Positions 10,134-20,188 of a stretch of 64,000 nt of DNA are shown in pieces (within the stretch, counting starts at the first letter, position 1; every line of letters begins with the position of its first letter). Under the pieces are notes generated by a model. The model was not told where the DNA came from. It searched no databases and worked only from the letters and a program-made list of their open reading frames with translations. Position numbers and translations under genes: made by a program. Origin of the DNA: Propionibacteriaceae bacterium (GTDB taxonomy: Bacteria; Actinomycetota; Actinomycetes; Propionibacteriales; Propionibacteriaceae); NCBI GenBank assembly GCA_009782785.1, contig WRIJ01000009.1, forward strand, positions 25,111-89,110, written 5' to 3'.

Positions 10134-11063
10134 CTAGCGCTTCTTCCTGCGGGGATTCAATCTCTTGACCCCACTCACGACTCGACCTATCCGGGAGCCT
10201 TTCTCTTCGGTGTTCCCCTGCTCATCACTGCTAAGGGTCGCCTCTGAAGCAGTCTGCTCGGGTGAATCAGTGAGAGAATTTTCGGCATTGTCTGCCACCC
10301 ATTGAACATCTTCAGCCTTTTTCAGTGCATCAGCGCGTTCATAGTCGTCGAGGGTGGGCATGGAATATGCCTTGGCGGTGGTGTTGTACATCTGGGCAAT
10401 GACTAGACGCATTCTTTCAGCAAATGCGGGTGCATCTTCACCACTATGTGCTGTGAGTGGATGGCCAATGACTACATGGATCGGTGGATGGTTAGTCGGT
10501 GGTAGTGATCGGTCGTGGGGCCACGCTGCGAAGGCACCCACGAGGGCCAGGGGGATACACGGTACGTCCCGGGTGATCGATAGTGAAGCAACACCAGGTT
10601 TGAAAGAACCCATAGCGCCCGTACGCGAGCGCGTACCTTCAGGGAAAATGAGCAGGGGGATTCCTTCTTCGAGTAACCGCCCAGTGAGCCCCTTATAGTG
10701 GCCACTTCCTCGGGTGCTCGCACTGCGGCGTTCCACAGGATAAGCATTAAAGAGCAAAGATGTGGTGAGCCCTTTGAGTTTCTTGTCGAAGAAATAGTCT
10801 GCGGCAGCACCGGTAGCGATATGTTTCGACAACCTCCTTGGCAGTGCTCCAAGAATCAGTGAAGCATCAAGATGGGAGGAATGATTGGAGATGACAATGA
10901 ACGGGGCGTCAACATTGTCGAGCAATTCTTTACCATGGACTTGAACCTTGCAGGTGGACCACACGAGTGACTTGAGGACAACATCTTGAGCGACGAAGCG
11001 TACGCTCGAACGTACTGGGGAACGGTAGGTGGCAGGATCATTAGCCCTTGAGTTCTTTGCCAC
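10134..11063 (-). CDS. Lysophospholipid (1-acyl-sn-glycerol-3-phosphate) acyltransferase family protein
   Basis: HX4D motif (NHSSHLD) and FPEGTRS motif. I chose the GTG at 11063, which has GAGG 5 nt upstream and overlaps the SDR stop. Alternative starts are the ATG at 11099 and the GTG at 11150. Confidence 0.78.
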   Translation of the reverse strand: MAKNSRANDPATYRSPVRSSVRFVAQDVVLKSLVWSTCKVQVHGKELLDNVDAPFIVISNHSSHLDASLILGALPRRLSKHIATGAAADYFFDKKLKGLTTSLLFNAYPVERRSASTRGSGHYKGLTGRLLEEGIPLLIFPEGTRSRTGAMGSFKPGVASLSITRDVPCIPLALVGAFAAWPHDRSLPPTNHPPIHVVIGHPLTAHSGEDAPAFAERMRLVIAQMYNTTAKAYSMPTLDDYERADALKKAEDVQWVADNAENSLTDSPEQTASEATLSSDEQGNTEEKGSRIGRVVSGVKRLNPRRKKR

Positions 11064-11830
11064 TATTGCCTCGATTTGGTCAATTTGCGAGATATCCATC
11101 GGATGGTACGCCGGGGAAGGATGTGCCCGAGTCCCACGGCGAAACGCCACCTTGCCGTGGGTACGGACAGTACTTTACCGGCACCCAGGTGCTTGAGAGC
11201 TTTGGCGACGAGTTTGTCCGAATCGATCCAGACAAAACCTGGAAGGTTGTGTGCCTTGACTCCACCACGGGAATGGAATTCTGTCTTCACCCACCCGGGT
11301 AGCAGCGCCATCACTTTCACACCCGTACCGCGCAATTCATTAGACAAACCTTCGGTATAAACCGTGCACCAAGCTTTGATGGCTGAATAGTTGCCGGTAG
11401 TGATCGTGGTCGACGAGCTGGACACGTTGAGGATTGCTCCATGCCCGCGACTGGTCATGGCACGCCCTGCAGCACCAGAGAGAACCAGGACCGCCCGGCA
11501 CATGACTTCAAATGCTCGGTCATGGACTGAAACATCCTCAACCAGGAGTGAATCGTGGACGGCAAAACCGGCGTTGTTCACCAGAAGATCGATCGGGCGT
11601 GCAGGGTCTTCGATTCGCTTCGCTAGACGGTCAACATCCCTCCGTTTGGCGAGGTCTGTGGGAATGACTTCCACGGCTATGGAGTGTTGGTCGCGGAGTT
11701 GCCCAGCAACATTCTCTAAGCCTTCGCGGTCCCGGGAAGCCAGAACGAGGTCGTACCCGCTGGCAGCGAGCGCAGTGGCGAAAGAGTGGCCAATACCAAC
11801 CGTACCGCCGGTGATGAGTGCAGTGGGCAT
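11063..11830 (-). CDS. Short-chain dehydrogenase/reductase (SDR) family oxidoreductase
   Basis: 255-aa ORF with TGGTVGIGHS (TGxxxGxG), NNAG and YSAIK (YxxxK). Its ATG overlaps the ackA stop. Confidence 0.85.
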   Translation of the reverse strand: MPTALITGGTVGIGHSFATALAASGYDLVLASRDREGLENVAGQLRDQHSIAVEVIPTDLAKRRDVDRLAKRIEDPARPIDLLVNNAGFAVHDSLLVEDVSVHDRAFEVMCRAVLVLSGAAGRAMTSRGHGAILNVSSSSTTITTGNYSAIKAWCTVYTEGLSNELRGTGVKVMALLPGWVKTEFHSRGGVKAHNLPGFVWIDSDKLVAKALKHLGAGKVLSVPTARWRFAVGLGHILPRRTIRWISRKLTKSRQ

Positions 11831-13047
11831 CAGTTCATCACCCGATAGGTTTCCCGAGCCATGGCGAGCTCTTCATTGGTGGGTACGACCAAGACAGCAA
11901 TGCTCGAATCGGGCGCAGAAATCTCTGTGGCGTCCTTGTTGCGTGGTGTGTTTTTGGCCGGGTCAAGTTTGACCCCGAAACCTGCCAGGCGATCGCAGAT
12001 GCGTGCGCGAGTCATATTGTCATTCTCACCCACACCAGCAGTGAAGACGATCATGTCAACACGACCCAGGACAGCCATATAAGCGCCGATATAGCTGATC
12101 AAGCGGTGAATATAGACGTCCATGGCTTGGGCAGCGTTGGCATCACCAGCATCAATTTTTGCCCACAGGTCACGGAAATCGGAGGCGCCATCGGCAAGCC
12201 CAGCCATTCCGGACTGTTTGTTGAGCAGGTTGTCGACCTGCTGGGCATCCATGCCAGCCACTCGTTGCAGGTAGGAGAAGATGCCGGGGTCAATATCTCC
12301 CGAGCGAGTCCCCATGACCAAACCAGCGAGGGGAGTGAGCCCCATTGATGTTTCGATAGCCACCCCACCTCGTACTGCTGAAATGGAGGCACCATTACCC
12401 ATGTGACAGATGATCTGGTTCACATCCTCGACGTTCTTTCCCAAGAACTCCGCTGAAGCTTTCGAGACATAGCTGTGCGATGTGCCATGGAAGCCGTACT
12501 TGCGGATGTGGTATTTCTCAGCGACCTCGCGATCAATGGCGTAGGTGTAGGCCTCGGGGGGCAGGGTAGAGAAGAAGGCAGTGTCAAAGATAGCAACGTG
12601 CGGTACATTGGGCAGCGCTTGCTGGGCTGCTTTGATTCCAGCTATCCCAGGTGGATTATGCAACGGTGCTAGACCCGAGAGTTCAGTGAGGCCGTCGATC
12701 ACGTCGTCGTTGATGAGTGTTGTCTCGCGGAAACGCTCCCCACCGTGGACTGCTCGATGCCCAACCGCGACTACGTCTTCTAGTGGGGGCCCCCAGGTGT
12801 GGAAGGCGCGGGTGACCAGCGCTAGTGCCGCTGTGTGGTCGGCGATGGTCTCGTCGATCGTTTCTTTATGCCCACCAGTAGTGTGGGTGATGTTGCCATC
12901 GGTGAGTCCGATTTTTTCCACCATACCTGAAGCGAGAACCTCTTCGTTATCAATATCAATCATCTGGTATTTCACCGATGATGAACCACAGTTCAACACG
13001 AGGATGGGAGTGGGCACAGGGTCCTCCTTCGTTGGATGGGGGACCAC
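11830..13047 (-). CDS. ackA: Acetate kinase
   Basis: 405-aa ORF containing ILVLNCGSSSVKYQ, HRAVHGG and GFHGTSH. Confidence 0.95.
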   Translation of the reverse strand: MVPHPTKEDPVPTPILVLNCGSSSVKYQMIDIDNEEVLASGMVEKIGLTDGNITHTTGGHKETIDETIADHTAALALVTRAFHTWGPPLEDVVAVGHRAVHGGERFRETTLINDDVIDGLTELSGLAPLHNPPGIAGIKAAQQALPNVPHVAIFDTAFFSTLPPEAYTYAIDREVAEKYHIRKYGFHGTSHSYVSKASAEFLGKNVEDVNQIICHMGNGASISAVRGGVAIETSMGLTPLAGLVMGTRSGDIDPGIFSYLQRVAGMDAQQVDNLLNKQSGMAGLADGASDFRDLWAKIDAGDANAAQAMDVYIHRLISYIGAYMAVLGRVDMIVFTAGVGENDNMTRARICDRLAGFGVKLDPAKNTPRNKDATEISAPDSSIAVLVVPTNEELAMARETYRVMN

Positions 13048-13087
13048 TTGAGGGTCCGGAAGATAATTCTACCGGGGTGTGAGGCGG

Positions 13088-14113
13088 TTAGTCACCTGCA
13101 GGTGGCTCATCTTGGGCTTGAATAGCTGTGATGGCGATCGTATTCACGATGTCTTCGACGAGCGCTCCACGCGAGAGATCGTTCACCGGCCGGTTGAGCC
13201 CTTGGAGGATTGGACCGATGGGCAGCGCGTGGGCTGTTCGCTGGACCGCTTTATAGGTGATGTTTCCACAATTCAGGTCGGGGAAAATATAGACCGTAGC
13301 ATGACCGGCTACCAAGGAGCCGGGAAGTTTTGTCTGAGCTACAGTCTCATCGAAGGCCGCATCAAATTGGATGGGTCCTTCCACAGCGAGATTCTCGTCG
13401 AGTTTCTTCACTAGGGCTGTGGCTTGGGCGACCTTATCAACATCGGGGCCTGTTCCGGAATCCCCGGTGGAATAACTCAACATGGCCACCTTGGGGTCAA
13501 TATTGAATTGCCGTGCTGTCTGGGCTGATGCGTAAGCGATCTGTGCCAGATCATTGGGTGTGGGATTGGGAGTCACTGCACAATCGGCGAAAACCAGGAC
13601 ACGATCAGTCAGGCACATCAAGAAAGCACCAGAGACAGACGTGACTCCGGGTTTGGTTTTGATGAACTGAAAAGCTGGGCGAATCGTTTCCGCTGTTGTC
13701 GTGATCGCACCCGACACCATGCCATCAGCCATCCGCAGATGCACCATCATGGTCGCGAAAAAGGACAGATCCTCCATGGTCTTGCGAGCTTCTGGAATGG
13801 ACAGTCCTTTCTCTTTGCGCAGTTCTGCGTACTGGGTTGCGAAAGTATCAAGAAGCTCAGGGTCGGTGGGATCGAGGAATCTGGCACCATCCAGATCAAC
13901 TGATAGTTGTTCACTGCGGGTGCGAATAGTCTGCTCATCACCGAGAAGGATGAGTTTGGCAATACCTTTTTGTAGGACGATCCCTGCGGCAGTGATGATG
14001 CGGTCTTCGTGTCCTTCGGGAAGTACGATGGTTCGTGGATGTGCGCAAGCCTTATCGATGAGTTCTTGTTGGAAGGTTTCGGGGGTACGCCCCAGGGATT
14101 CGCAGCAGGTCAT
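13088..14113 (-). CDS. pta: Phosphate acetyltransferase (PTA_PTB domain form)
   Basis: 341-aa ORF immediately upstream of ackA. Has the conserved C-terminal GLNRPVNDLSRGA. Confidence 0.93.
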   Translation of the reverse strand: MTCCESLGRTPETFQQELIDKACAHPRTIVLPEGHEDRIITAAGIVLQKGIAKLILLGDEQTIRTRSEQLSVDLDGARFLDPTDPELLDTFATQYAELRKEKGLSIPEARKTMEDLSFFATMMVHLRMADGMVSGAITTTAETIRPAFQFIKTKPGVTSVSGAFLMCLTDRVLVFADCAVTPNPTPNDLAQIAYASAQTARQFNIDPKVAMLSYSTGDSGTGPDVDKVAQATALVKKLDENLAVEGPIQFDAAFDETVAQTKLPGSLVAGHATVYIFPDLNCGNITYKAVQRTAHALPIGPILQGLNRPVNDLSRGALVEDIVNTIAITAIQAQDEPPAGD

Positions 14114-14173
14114 AGCAGAAATCTACCAGCCTTGGATGTGGGTGAGGCCCGTCGACCAGCTAGTGACCTGAGA

Positions 14174-14179
14174 TAAACT
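14174..14179 (+). promoter_or_regulatory. Candidate -10 hexamer TAAACT for a leaderless metG transcript
   Basis: The TANNNT hexamer ends 7 nt before the metG ATG. No Shine-Dalgarno lies upstream of the ATG. Confidence 0.3.
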
Positions 14180-14186
14180 ATCGACC

Positions 14187-15977
14187 ATGTCAAAGATTCT
14201 TGCGGCTGTCGCTTGGCCTTATGCCAATGGTCCGCGCCATATCGGCCACGTCTCAGGTTTTGGGGTTCCTTCAGATGTTTTTGCTCGCTACCAGCGTATG
14301 ATCGGTAACGATGTGCTCATGGTGTCGGGTTCTGATGAGCACGGTACAGCGATCCAGGTGCAAGCAGATCGGGAAGGCCTCACCCCCCAGCAGACTGCTG
14401 ACAAGTATCACTCCATCATCTGTGAAGAGCTTCAACAACTCGGACTCACCTATGATTTGTTCACTCGAACAACCACAAACAACCACTGTGAGGTTGTCCA
14501 AGAGCTCTTCCGAGCCCTGCACGCCAATGGATATGTGGTCCCGCACAAAGGAATGGGAGCTATTTCTCCGAGTACGGGGCGTACCCTGCCTGATCGCTAT
14601 ATCGAAGGAACCTGCCCACTGTGCAAGTCTGAGGATGCTCGTGGTGATCAGTGCAATTCTTGCGGCAAGCAGTTGGATCCCATCGATTTGATCAACCCTC
14701 GATCATCCCTGGATGGGGAGGTGCCTGAGTTTGTTGAAACTGAGCATTTCTTTCTCGATCTTCCTGCACTGGCGCAAACACTGCGCACATGGTTGGATAC
14801 TCGCCAAGATTGGCGTCCCAATGTGTTGAACTTCTCGCTCGAATTGCTCAAGGATCTCAAGCCTCGAGGGATCACCCGCGACCTGGATTGGGGGATTCGT
14901 GTGCCCATTGATGGATGGCGCGACAATCCGATGAAATCTATCTATGTCTGGTTTGATGCGGTCATCGGCTACCTCTCTGCGTCAATAGAGTGGGCTCTGC
15001 GGCAAGGAGACCCGCAAGCATGGCGCGAGTGGTGGCAGAATCCTGAAGCACAGTCGTACTATTTCCTCGGCAAAGACAACATCACCTTCCATTCGGTCAT
15101 CTGGCCAGGGATACTCTTGGGCGCTAATGGTCAAGGGGATCGTGGTGGGGAACCCAGCACTTTTGGCGAGCTGAATCTTCCCACAGAAGTGGTGTCATCA
15201 GAGTTCCTCATGATGGGTGGTGGGAAGTTTTCCACCTCCTACAACAGAGTGATTTATGTCCGTGATTTCTTGAAAGAGTTTGGCCCAGATGCACTGCGTT
15301 ACTACATTGCTGTGGCCGGGCCGGAGAACACTGACACTGTGTTCACTTGGGAGGAGTTTGTTCGCCGTATCAACACTGAACTGGCGAACGAATGGGGTAA
15401 CCTCGTTAATCGCTCGATTTCTATGGCACATAAGAACAATGGAGTTATTCCCACCCCTGGTGAGCTCACCGAGATTGACACTCGAGTTTTGGACACTGCT
15501 CGTCAAGGCTTTGAGGTGGTTGGTGATCTGCTGTCCAAGGCAAAGTTCAAGGCGGCGATCACTGAAGCAATGCGGGTAGCATCTGCAGCTAATCGTTACC
15601 TCTCCGAAACTGAACCGTGGAAGCTGAAAGATAATCCAACTCGCCGAGATACTGTCTTACATACGACTCTCCAAGTGGTCAGTGATGTCAACACCATGCT
15701 CACGCCTTTCCTTCCTCACGCCTGCCAGAAGGTGTACGAAGCCTTGGGGGGTACGGGAGTGTGGGCTGCACAGCCAGAGATTCGCCACGTCAGTGAGGAC
15801 GGCCAAGACCCCTATCCGATCTTAACTGGTGACTATGATTCGCAATTGGCTTTTTGGAAGTCTATCCCTGTTGAGGTTGGCCGGGTGTTGAACAAACCGG
15901 AACCGCTCTTCCCGAAACTGGATGAGTCCTTGGGTGAAACTGGCCCATCATGGGCACCCATATCTGTCGATGGTTGA
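14187..15977 (+). CDS. metG: Methionine--tRNA ligase
   Basis: 596-aa ORF with [13 protein letters not shown] (HIGH), Zn knuckles CPLC...CNSC, and a KFSTS (KMSKS-type) loop. Confidence 0.95.
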   Translation: MSKILAAVAWPYANGPRHIGHVSGFGVPSDVFARYQRMIGNDVLMVSGSDEHGTAIQVQADREGLTPQQTADKYHSIICEELQQLGLTYDLFTRTTTNNHCEVVQELFRALHANGYVVPHKGMGAISPSTGRTLPDRYIEGTCPLCKSEDARGDQCNSCGKQLDPIDLINPRSSLDGEVPEFVETEHFFLDLPALAQTLRTWLDTRQDWRPNVLNFSLELLKDLKPRGITRDLDWGIRVPIDGWRDNPMKSIYVWFDAVIGYLSASIEWALRQGDPQAWREWWQNPEAQSYYFLGKDNITFHSVIWPGILLGANGQGDRGGEPSTFGELNLPTEVVSSEFLMMGGGKFSTSYNRVIYVRDFLKEFGPDALRYYIAVAGPENTDTVFTWEEFVRRINTELANEWGNLVNRSISMAHKNNGVIPTPGELTEIDTRVLDTARQGFEVVGDLLSKAKFKAAITEAMRVASAANRYLSETEPWKLKDNPTRRDTVLHTTLQVVSDVNTMLTPFLPHACQKVYEALGGTGVWAAQPEIRHVSEDGQDPYPILTGDYDSQLAFWKSIPVEVGRVLNKPEPLFPKLDESLGETGPSWAPISVDG

Positions 15978-16009
15978 TTATCTATCGGTGGTTGATGCAC
16001 TCCCTCCTT

Positions 16010-16059
16010 GTCACCCTGCGGAGCCCACTAGGGCGACTCGCAGTGCTCCGCGGAATGAC
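16010..16059 (-). repeat. Minimal family-A-related element (50 bp): both arms joined by a 24-nt core
   Basis: GTCACCCTGCGGA-gcccactagggcgactcgcagtgc-TCCGCGGAATGAC. The same core occurs at 35238-35273 and, reverse-complemented, at 46246-46281. A further solo arm (GCTTCGCTCCGCAGAATGAC) lies at 16101-16120. Confidence 0.75.
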
Positions 16060-16137
16060 GGGAGAGGCGCGGCGGTTTTTGCGAGTGCCAGCCGGTCAAG
16101 GCTTCGCTCCGCAGAATGACAGGGCTGGTGCCATCAG

Positions 16138-16926
16138 TTACAAGAAGAGATCACCCACGAAGGGGGCCAGCAGTGCGTACCCCACAAAGGCAAAGATATC
16201 CATGAGTGTGTGGGCAATCACGAGGGGCATCACTCTCTTAGTTTTCAGATAGATGAGTCCAAAGACGGCACCCATGACCAGGTTTCCGAGAAAGCCACCA
16301 AACCCTTGATAGAGGTGATAACTTCCACGGATCGTGGCTGAGAAGAAAATGATTGCTGCAGGTGCCCAACCAAGAGTCTTCAAGCGAGTGAAAAGATAAC
16401 CCACCATGACAACTTCTTCACTGACCCCAGCAACCAGTGCAGAACAAATGAGTATCGGAATAGTCCACCAGTGGGCGTCCAGATTTGCTGGGGCAACCTC
16501 AGTGTTGATCCCGATCCATCGGGAAAGAAAATAGAATCCCAGCCCAGGGATTCCTATCCCTGCACAGATAGCTACACCCCATCCGAGATCCTTCCATGGC
16601 TGGTGCAGGTTGAATCCGATCAGTGAGCGCGCTTGGCCGTACCCCAGGTAGAGCAGGTACAACACCAGCAGTACGAGGGCTGTCGGGGTGAGGAAGAAGT
16701 AGAGCTGATAACCGAGATCCAACCATGGCCTACTGGGGGTCATGGAGGAGTTCATGGTGGTGGTTTGGTCCGCTAGGGGAACTCCACGGGTGAGTTTTTC
16801 GATGATGGACAGCATTGCTGAGATGGCGCTTCGTCCAAAACCTACTCCCAGCACGATGAGAATCTCTAGTGCAATGAAGAGGCGAACTCTGCGGGAACGC
16901 TGGTCTAAGTGGTGTTGGCCCTCCAC
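16138..16926 (-). CDS. CPBP family intramembrane glutamic endopeptidase (CAAX protease-like)
   Basis: 262-aa polytopic ORF with the EEVVMVGY (EExxxR-like) motif, FSATIRGSYH and HTLMD. Confidence 0.8.
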   Translation of the reverse strand: MEGQHHLDQRSRRVRLFIALEILIVLGVGFGRSAISAMLSIIEKLTRGVPLADQTTTMNSSMTPSRPWLDLGYQLYFFLTPTALVLLVLYLLYLGYGQARSLIGFNLHQPWKDLGWGVAICAGIGIPGLGFYFLSRWIGINTEVAPANLDAHWWTIPILICSALVAGVSEEVVMVGYLFTRLKTLGWAPAAIIFFSATIRGSYHLYQGFGGFLGNLVMGAVFGLIYLKTKRVMPLVIAHTLMDIFAFVGYALLAPFVGDLFL

Positions 16927-16929
16927 CGG

Positions 16930-17853
16930 TTACCGACTCAGTATTCCACGCAGGAAGAAGAAAAAATTGGCTGGTCTTTCCGCGATCCGTTGAATGAAAT
17001 AGGAGTACCAATTCTCTCCGAAGGGGATATACACCCTGACCGTATGCCCAAGATCAACGAGCCGTTCCTGTTCAAGAGTGCGTACACCGTACAACATCTG
17101 GTATTCGAAATCCTCTAGTCCACGGTTGTTGTGGGCAGCTAATTCTTGGGCAATGTCGATCATCACAGGATCGTGGGTGGCAAGAAGGGGGAGTCCTTCA
17201 CCTTCCATCAGGACCTTCATACAACGAATGAAGCTCAAATTGACGTCATGTTTGTCTGCGTACGAGGCCTGGCTTGGTGGGAGGTAAGCACCCTTGGAGA
17301 GTCGAATGCGTGAACCAACTCCACCCAGTGCACGACAATCCTCTTCAGTACGGCGCAGATTGGCTTGGAGTAGACACCCAAGATCCGGGAATTGCCCGCG
17401 AAGGACCCCGACAACCCGGATAGCTTTCTTGACGGTGGGTAGCCCCTCCATGTCAATGGTGAGAGTCGTGCCGACCTCTGCAGCTTTCTCAGCGATCCGC
17501 CCCGCATTGGCTGCAGCGAGTGTTTCTCCATCACGCAAACCCAAACCGAGCGCGCTTAGTTTCACCGAGACTTCCACATCACTACCAAAGTTGCTGTCTT
17601 TCATGTGGTCAAGGAATTCAACGTACTTGGCCACGACCTGGTCGGCCTCTTCAGCTGAGTGAACCTCATGACCAAGATAATCGACTGTGACCTTCATTCC
17701 TTTATCCAGCAGTGTCTGGACCACCTGTGATGCCTCCTCCCACTTTGTTCCAGCGACAAAGTGTTTGACCACTCGTCGACTCAATGGGTTGGCAAGCAGG
17801 AGTCGCTTCACGCTCTGGTTGCGAGACAGAGCGAGGAAGAATGAGCGATACAT
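16930..17853 (-). CDS. Proline dehydrogenase family protein
   Basis: PRODH-like TIM-barrel signature (...LQANLRRTEED...RIRLSKGAY...YQMLYGV). I chose the start MYRSFFLALSR at 17853, which has GGAAGGA upstream. The track ORF extends to 17958. Confidence 0.83.
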   Translation of the reverse strand: MYRSFFLALSRNQSVKRLLLANPLSRRVVKHFVAGTKWEEASQVVQTLLDKGMKVTVDYLGHEVHSAEEADQVVAKYVEFLDHMKDSNFGSDVEVSVKLSALGLGLRDGETLAAANAGRIAEKAAEVGTTLTIDMEGLPTVKKAIRVVGVLRGQFPDLGCLLQANLRRTEEDCRALGGVGSRIRLSKGAYLPPSQASYADKHDVNLSFIRCMKVLMEGEGLPLLATHDPVMIDIAQELAAHNNRGLEDFEYQMLYGVRTLEQERLVDLGHTVRVYIPFGENWYSYFIQRIAERPANFFFFLRGILSR

Positions 17854-18049
17854 GTCAATGTCCTTCCATGAGGGCGATCCGGCACGTGGAGCCTCTTTGG
17901 TGGTGGGTCTGCTAGTGATTCTAGTTGAAACCTGTCGGCTTCGCCTGAGGTTTCCCACGAGGATATTACCTTGCCCACCTATTGGGACGATTTCGCTCCA
18001 TGAGAGCTCTCGATTTCGTGACTGGAGTTTCGCCAGGCAGAATAGGGGT

Positions 18050-18685
18050 ATGCATCTCGATCATGTCACCTATGCCGCTGGACCTCTCGGCTTGGAACAA
18101 GAAGCCCGCCGACTCGAATCCCTGCTCGGTGTGAAGTCGTTTGATGGGGGACTCCATCCTGGTTTTGGTACGCAAATGCGTTTGATCCCTCTTGCTGAGG
18201 GGCGCCATATTGAAATTGTCGAAGTGCTTGATCACCCCGCAGCCGAGAAGGCACCCTATGGTCAGGCTGTGCGTGCCCGTAGCGAAATGGGTGGCGGTTG
18301 GCTGGGTTGGGTTATTTGTTTAGATGATCTGACCGGTTATGAAAACCGTCTTGACCGTAAAGCTCGTCAAGGTGCTCGGAATTTCCCTGATGGGCGCCGA
18401 TTGGAATGGGAACAGTTGGGTGTGATGGGTTTGATTGCTGACCCACAGGTTCCCTTCTTTATCCGTTGGATTTCGGAACCCGGACTTCTGCCTTCCGCTC
18501 TCGAAGGTACGATCATTCTGCACGAGATAGAAATTGCTGGGAGTCGTGGGCGGGTCGAAGAATGGCTCGGTGAGGAACTACCAGACACCTTCGATGGTGT
18601 GAGGATCAACTTTGATGCTCCCAGTGGCTATCCAGGGATCATGTCAGTGACTTTCGAAACTGACCAGGGTCTGGTCAGAATCTAG
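18050..18685 (+). CDS. Glyoxalase-like/VOC family protein
   Basis: Begins MHLDHVTYAAGP..., typical of the glyoxalase-like domain. The upstream part of the track ORF (17687-18049) is antisense to the PRODH gene. Confidence 0.62.
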   Translation: MHLDHVTYAAGPLGLEQEARRLESLLGVKSFDGGLHPGFGTQMRLIPLAEGRHIEIVEVLDHPAAEKAPYGQAVRARSEMGGGWLGWVICLDDLTGYENRLDRKARQGARNFPDGRRLEWEQLGVMGLIADPQVPFFIRWISEPGLLPSALEGTIILHEIEIAGSRGRVEEWLGEELPDTFDGVRINFDAPSGYPGIMSVTFETDQGLVRI

Positions 18686-18738
18686 GGCGCACACCCCGAT
18701 TGATGTCTTCGACTGTGGTGGCGAGGAACCACCAGTGT

Positions 18739-20127
18739 CTATCCTTTCTTCTTGCGACGAAGATCCATCAGATTCAACACAAACCCCACCGTGGGAGCTT
18801 CAACAAGTGAGAGCGAGTCAGCAAACTTCTCTCCAGAACTGAGTGTGTTATCTTGAGGAATGATTGCCGTCGTGACCCCTAACCGGGTCGCTTCAGCGAG
18901 TCTCTTCGGAAGGTCAGCAACTCGGCGTACCTCACCAGCGAGCCCAATCTCACCTATAGCCACAGTATTGCCAGGCATTGGTTGGTCACTCATCGCTGAT
19001 GCCAAAGCACAGGCGAGCCCAAGATCAGAACCCGGGTCAGAGATTCTAGCCCCAGACACTGTGGATGCATAGACATCCATGGTGTGGCACTTCATGGATG
19101 CTCTTCGTTGCAGAACCGCGAGCACCATGGCAAGGCGTGAATACTCCAATCCTTGGGCAACTCGGCGTGGATTCGCAGATCCGCTGGGCACAACAAGCCC
19201 CTGAATCTCTGCAACTAAGGCCCGCCGCCCCTCCACAGCCACTGTCACCGCCGTACCAGGAGTAGGTTCACTGTGGGACGAGGTGAAAATCCCTGAAGGA
19301 TCTGGCACTTCGACAATGCCAGTGTCACACATTTCGAAACACCCAATCTCATCAGCAGGCCCGAAGCGATTCTTGGTTGCTCGAATCAGGCGGAATCCAC
19401 TATGGCGATCACCTTCAAAATTCACCACCACATCCACCACATGTTCCAAGGTGCGAGGCCCAGCAATAGCTCCATCTTTGGTGACATGGCCCACGATGAT
19501 CACTGGAATTCCACATCGTTTAGCCACCTGGACAAGCCCTGAGGCGACTTCTTTGACTTGGGCTACTCCACCAGGGGAACCCTCCGTGCCAGAGCTAATA
19601 GTTTGAACAGAATCAACCACAACCAGTGAAGGCTGGAGGGACTCAATGTGGCCCAGCACCACGCAGAGATCTGTTTCTGCGGTGAGGAAGAGTGTCTCAG
19701 TTTCCGCCTTTGTCCTACGTGCCCTCATTCGTACCTGAGCTGGCGATTCTTCTCCACTGACATAGAGGGTCGTACCATAATTCTTCGCCCAGCGTGCAGC
19801 CACCTCAAGAAGCAGAGTGGATTTCCCCACACCAGGTTCACCAGCGAGCAGGATCACCCCACCACTGACGAGACCACCACCAAGGACACGATCAAACTCA
19901 CCAATAGTGGTGGCAATATGTTGGGACTGTGTTGGATCAACGTCCGTGATAGGAACAGCGCGAGTCAGTGGAATCACAGGAGCGATCCTTGTCGCGCAGC
20001 GCTGAGCACTCTCATCGAGGGTTCCCCATTGCTGGCATTCCCCACACCTGCCCACCCATTTTGCACTCGTCCACCCACACTCACCACAGGTGAAAAGGGC
20101 CTTCGTCGTTGTTGCTGTCTTCGTCAT
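18739..20127 (-). CDS. radA: DNA repair protein RadA
   Basis: 462-aa ORF with an N-terminal Zn finger (CGECGW...CGEC), Walker A (GEPGVGKST), KNRFG and a Lon-like C-terminal domain. Confidence 0.95.
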   Translation of the reverse strand: MTKTATTTKALFTCGECGWTSAKWVGRCGECQQWGTLDESAQRCATRIAPVIPLTRAVPITDVDPTQSQHIATTIGEFDRVLGGGLVSGGVILLAGEPGVGKSTLLLEVAARWAKNYGTTLYVSGEESPAQVRMRARRTKAETETLFLTAETDLCVVLGHIESLQPSLVVVDSVQTISSGTEGSPGGVAQVKEVASGLVQVAKRCGIPVIIVGHVTKDGAIAGPRTLEHVVDVVVNFEGDRHSGFRLIRATKNRFGPADEIGCFEMCDTGIVEVPDPSGIFTSSHSEPTPGTAVTVAVEGRRALVAEIQGLVVPSGSANPRRVAQGLEYSRLAMVLAVLQRRASMKCHTMDVYASTVSGARISDPGSDLGLACALASAMSDQPMPGNTVAIGEIGLAGEVRRVADLPKRLAEATRLGVTTAIIPQDNTLSSGEKFADSLSLVEAPTVGFVLNLMDLRRKKKG

Positions 20128-20188
20128 AGGTTCACTCTAGGAAGCACCACTGACATTTTTCCTCGTCGATCTTTACTAGGCTAGAGAC

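Noticed and set aside
17687-18049. 5' extension of the glyoxalase-like ORF
   Set aside because: It is antisense to the proline dehydrogenase gene. The glyoxalase-like domain begins at the Met at 18050.
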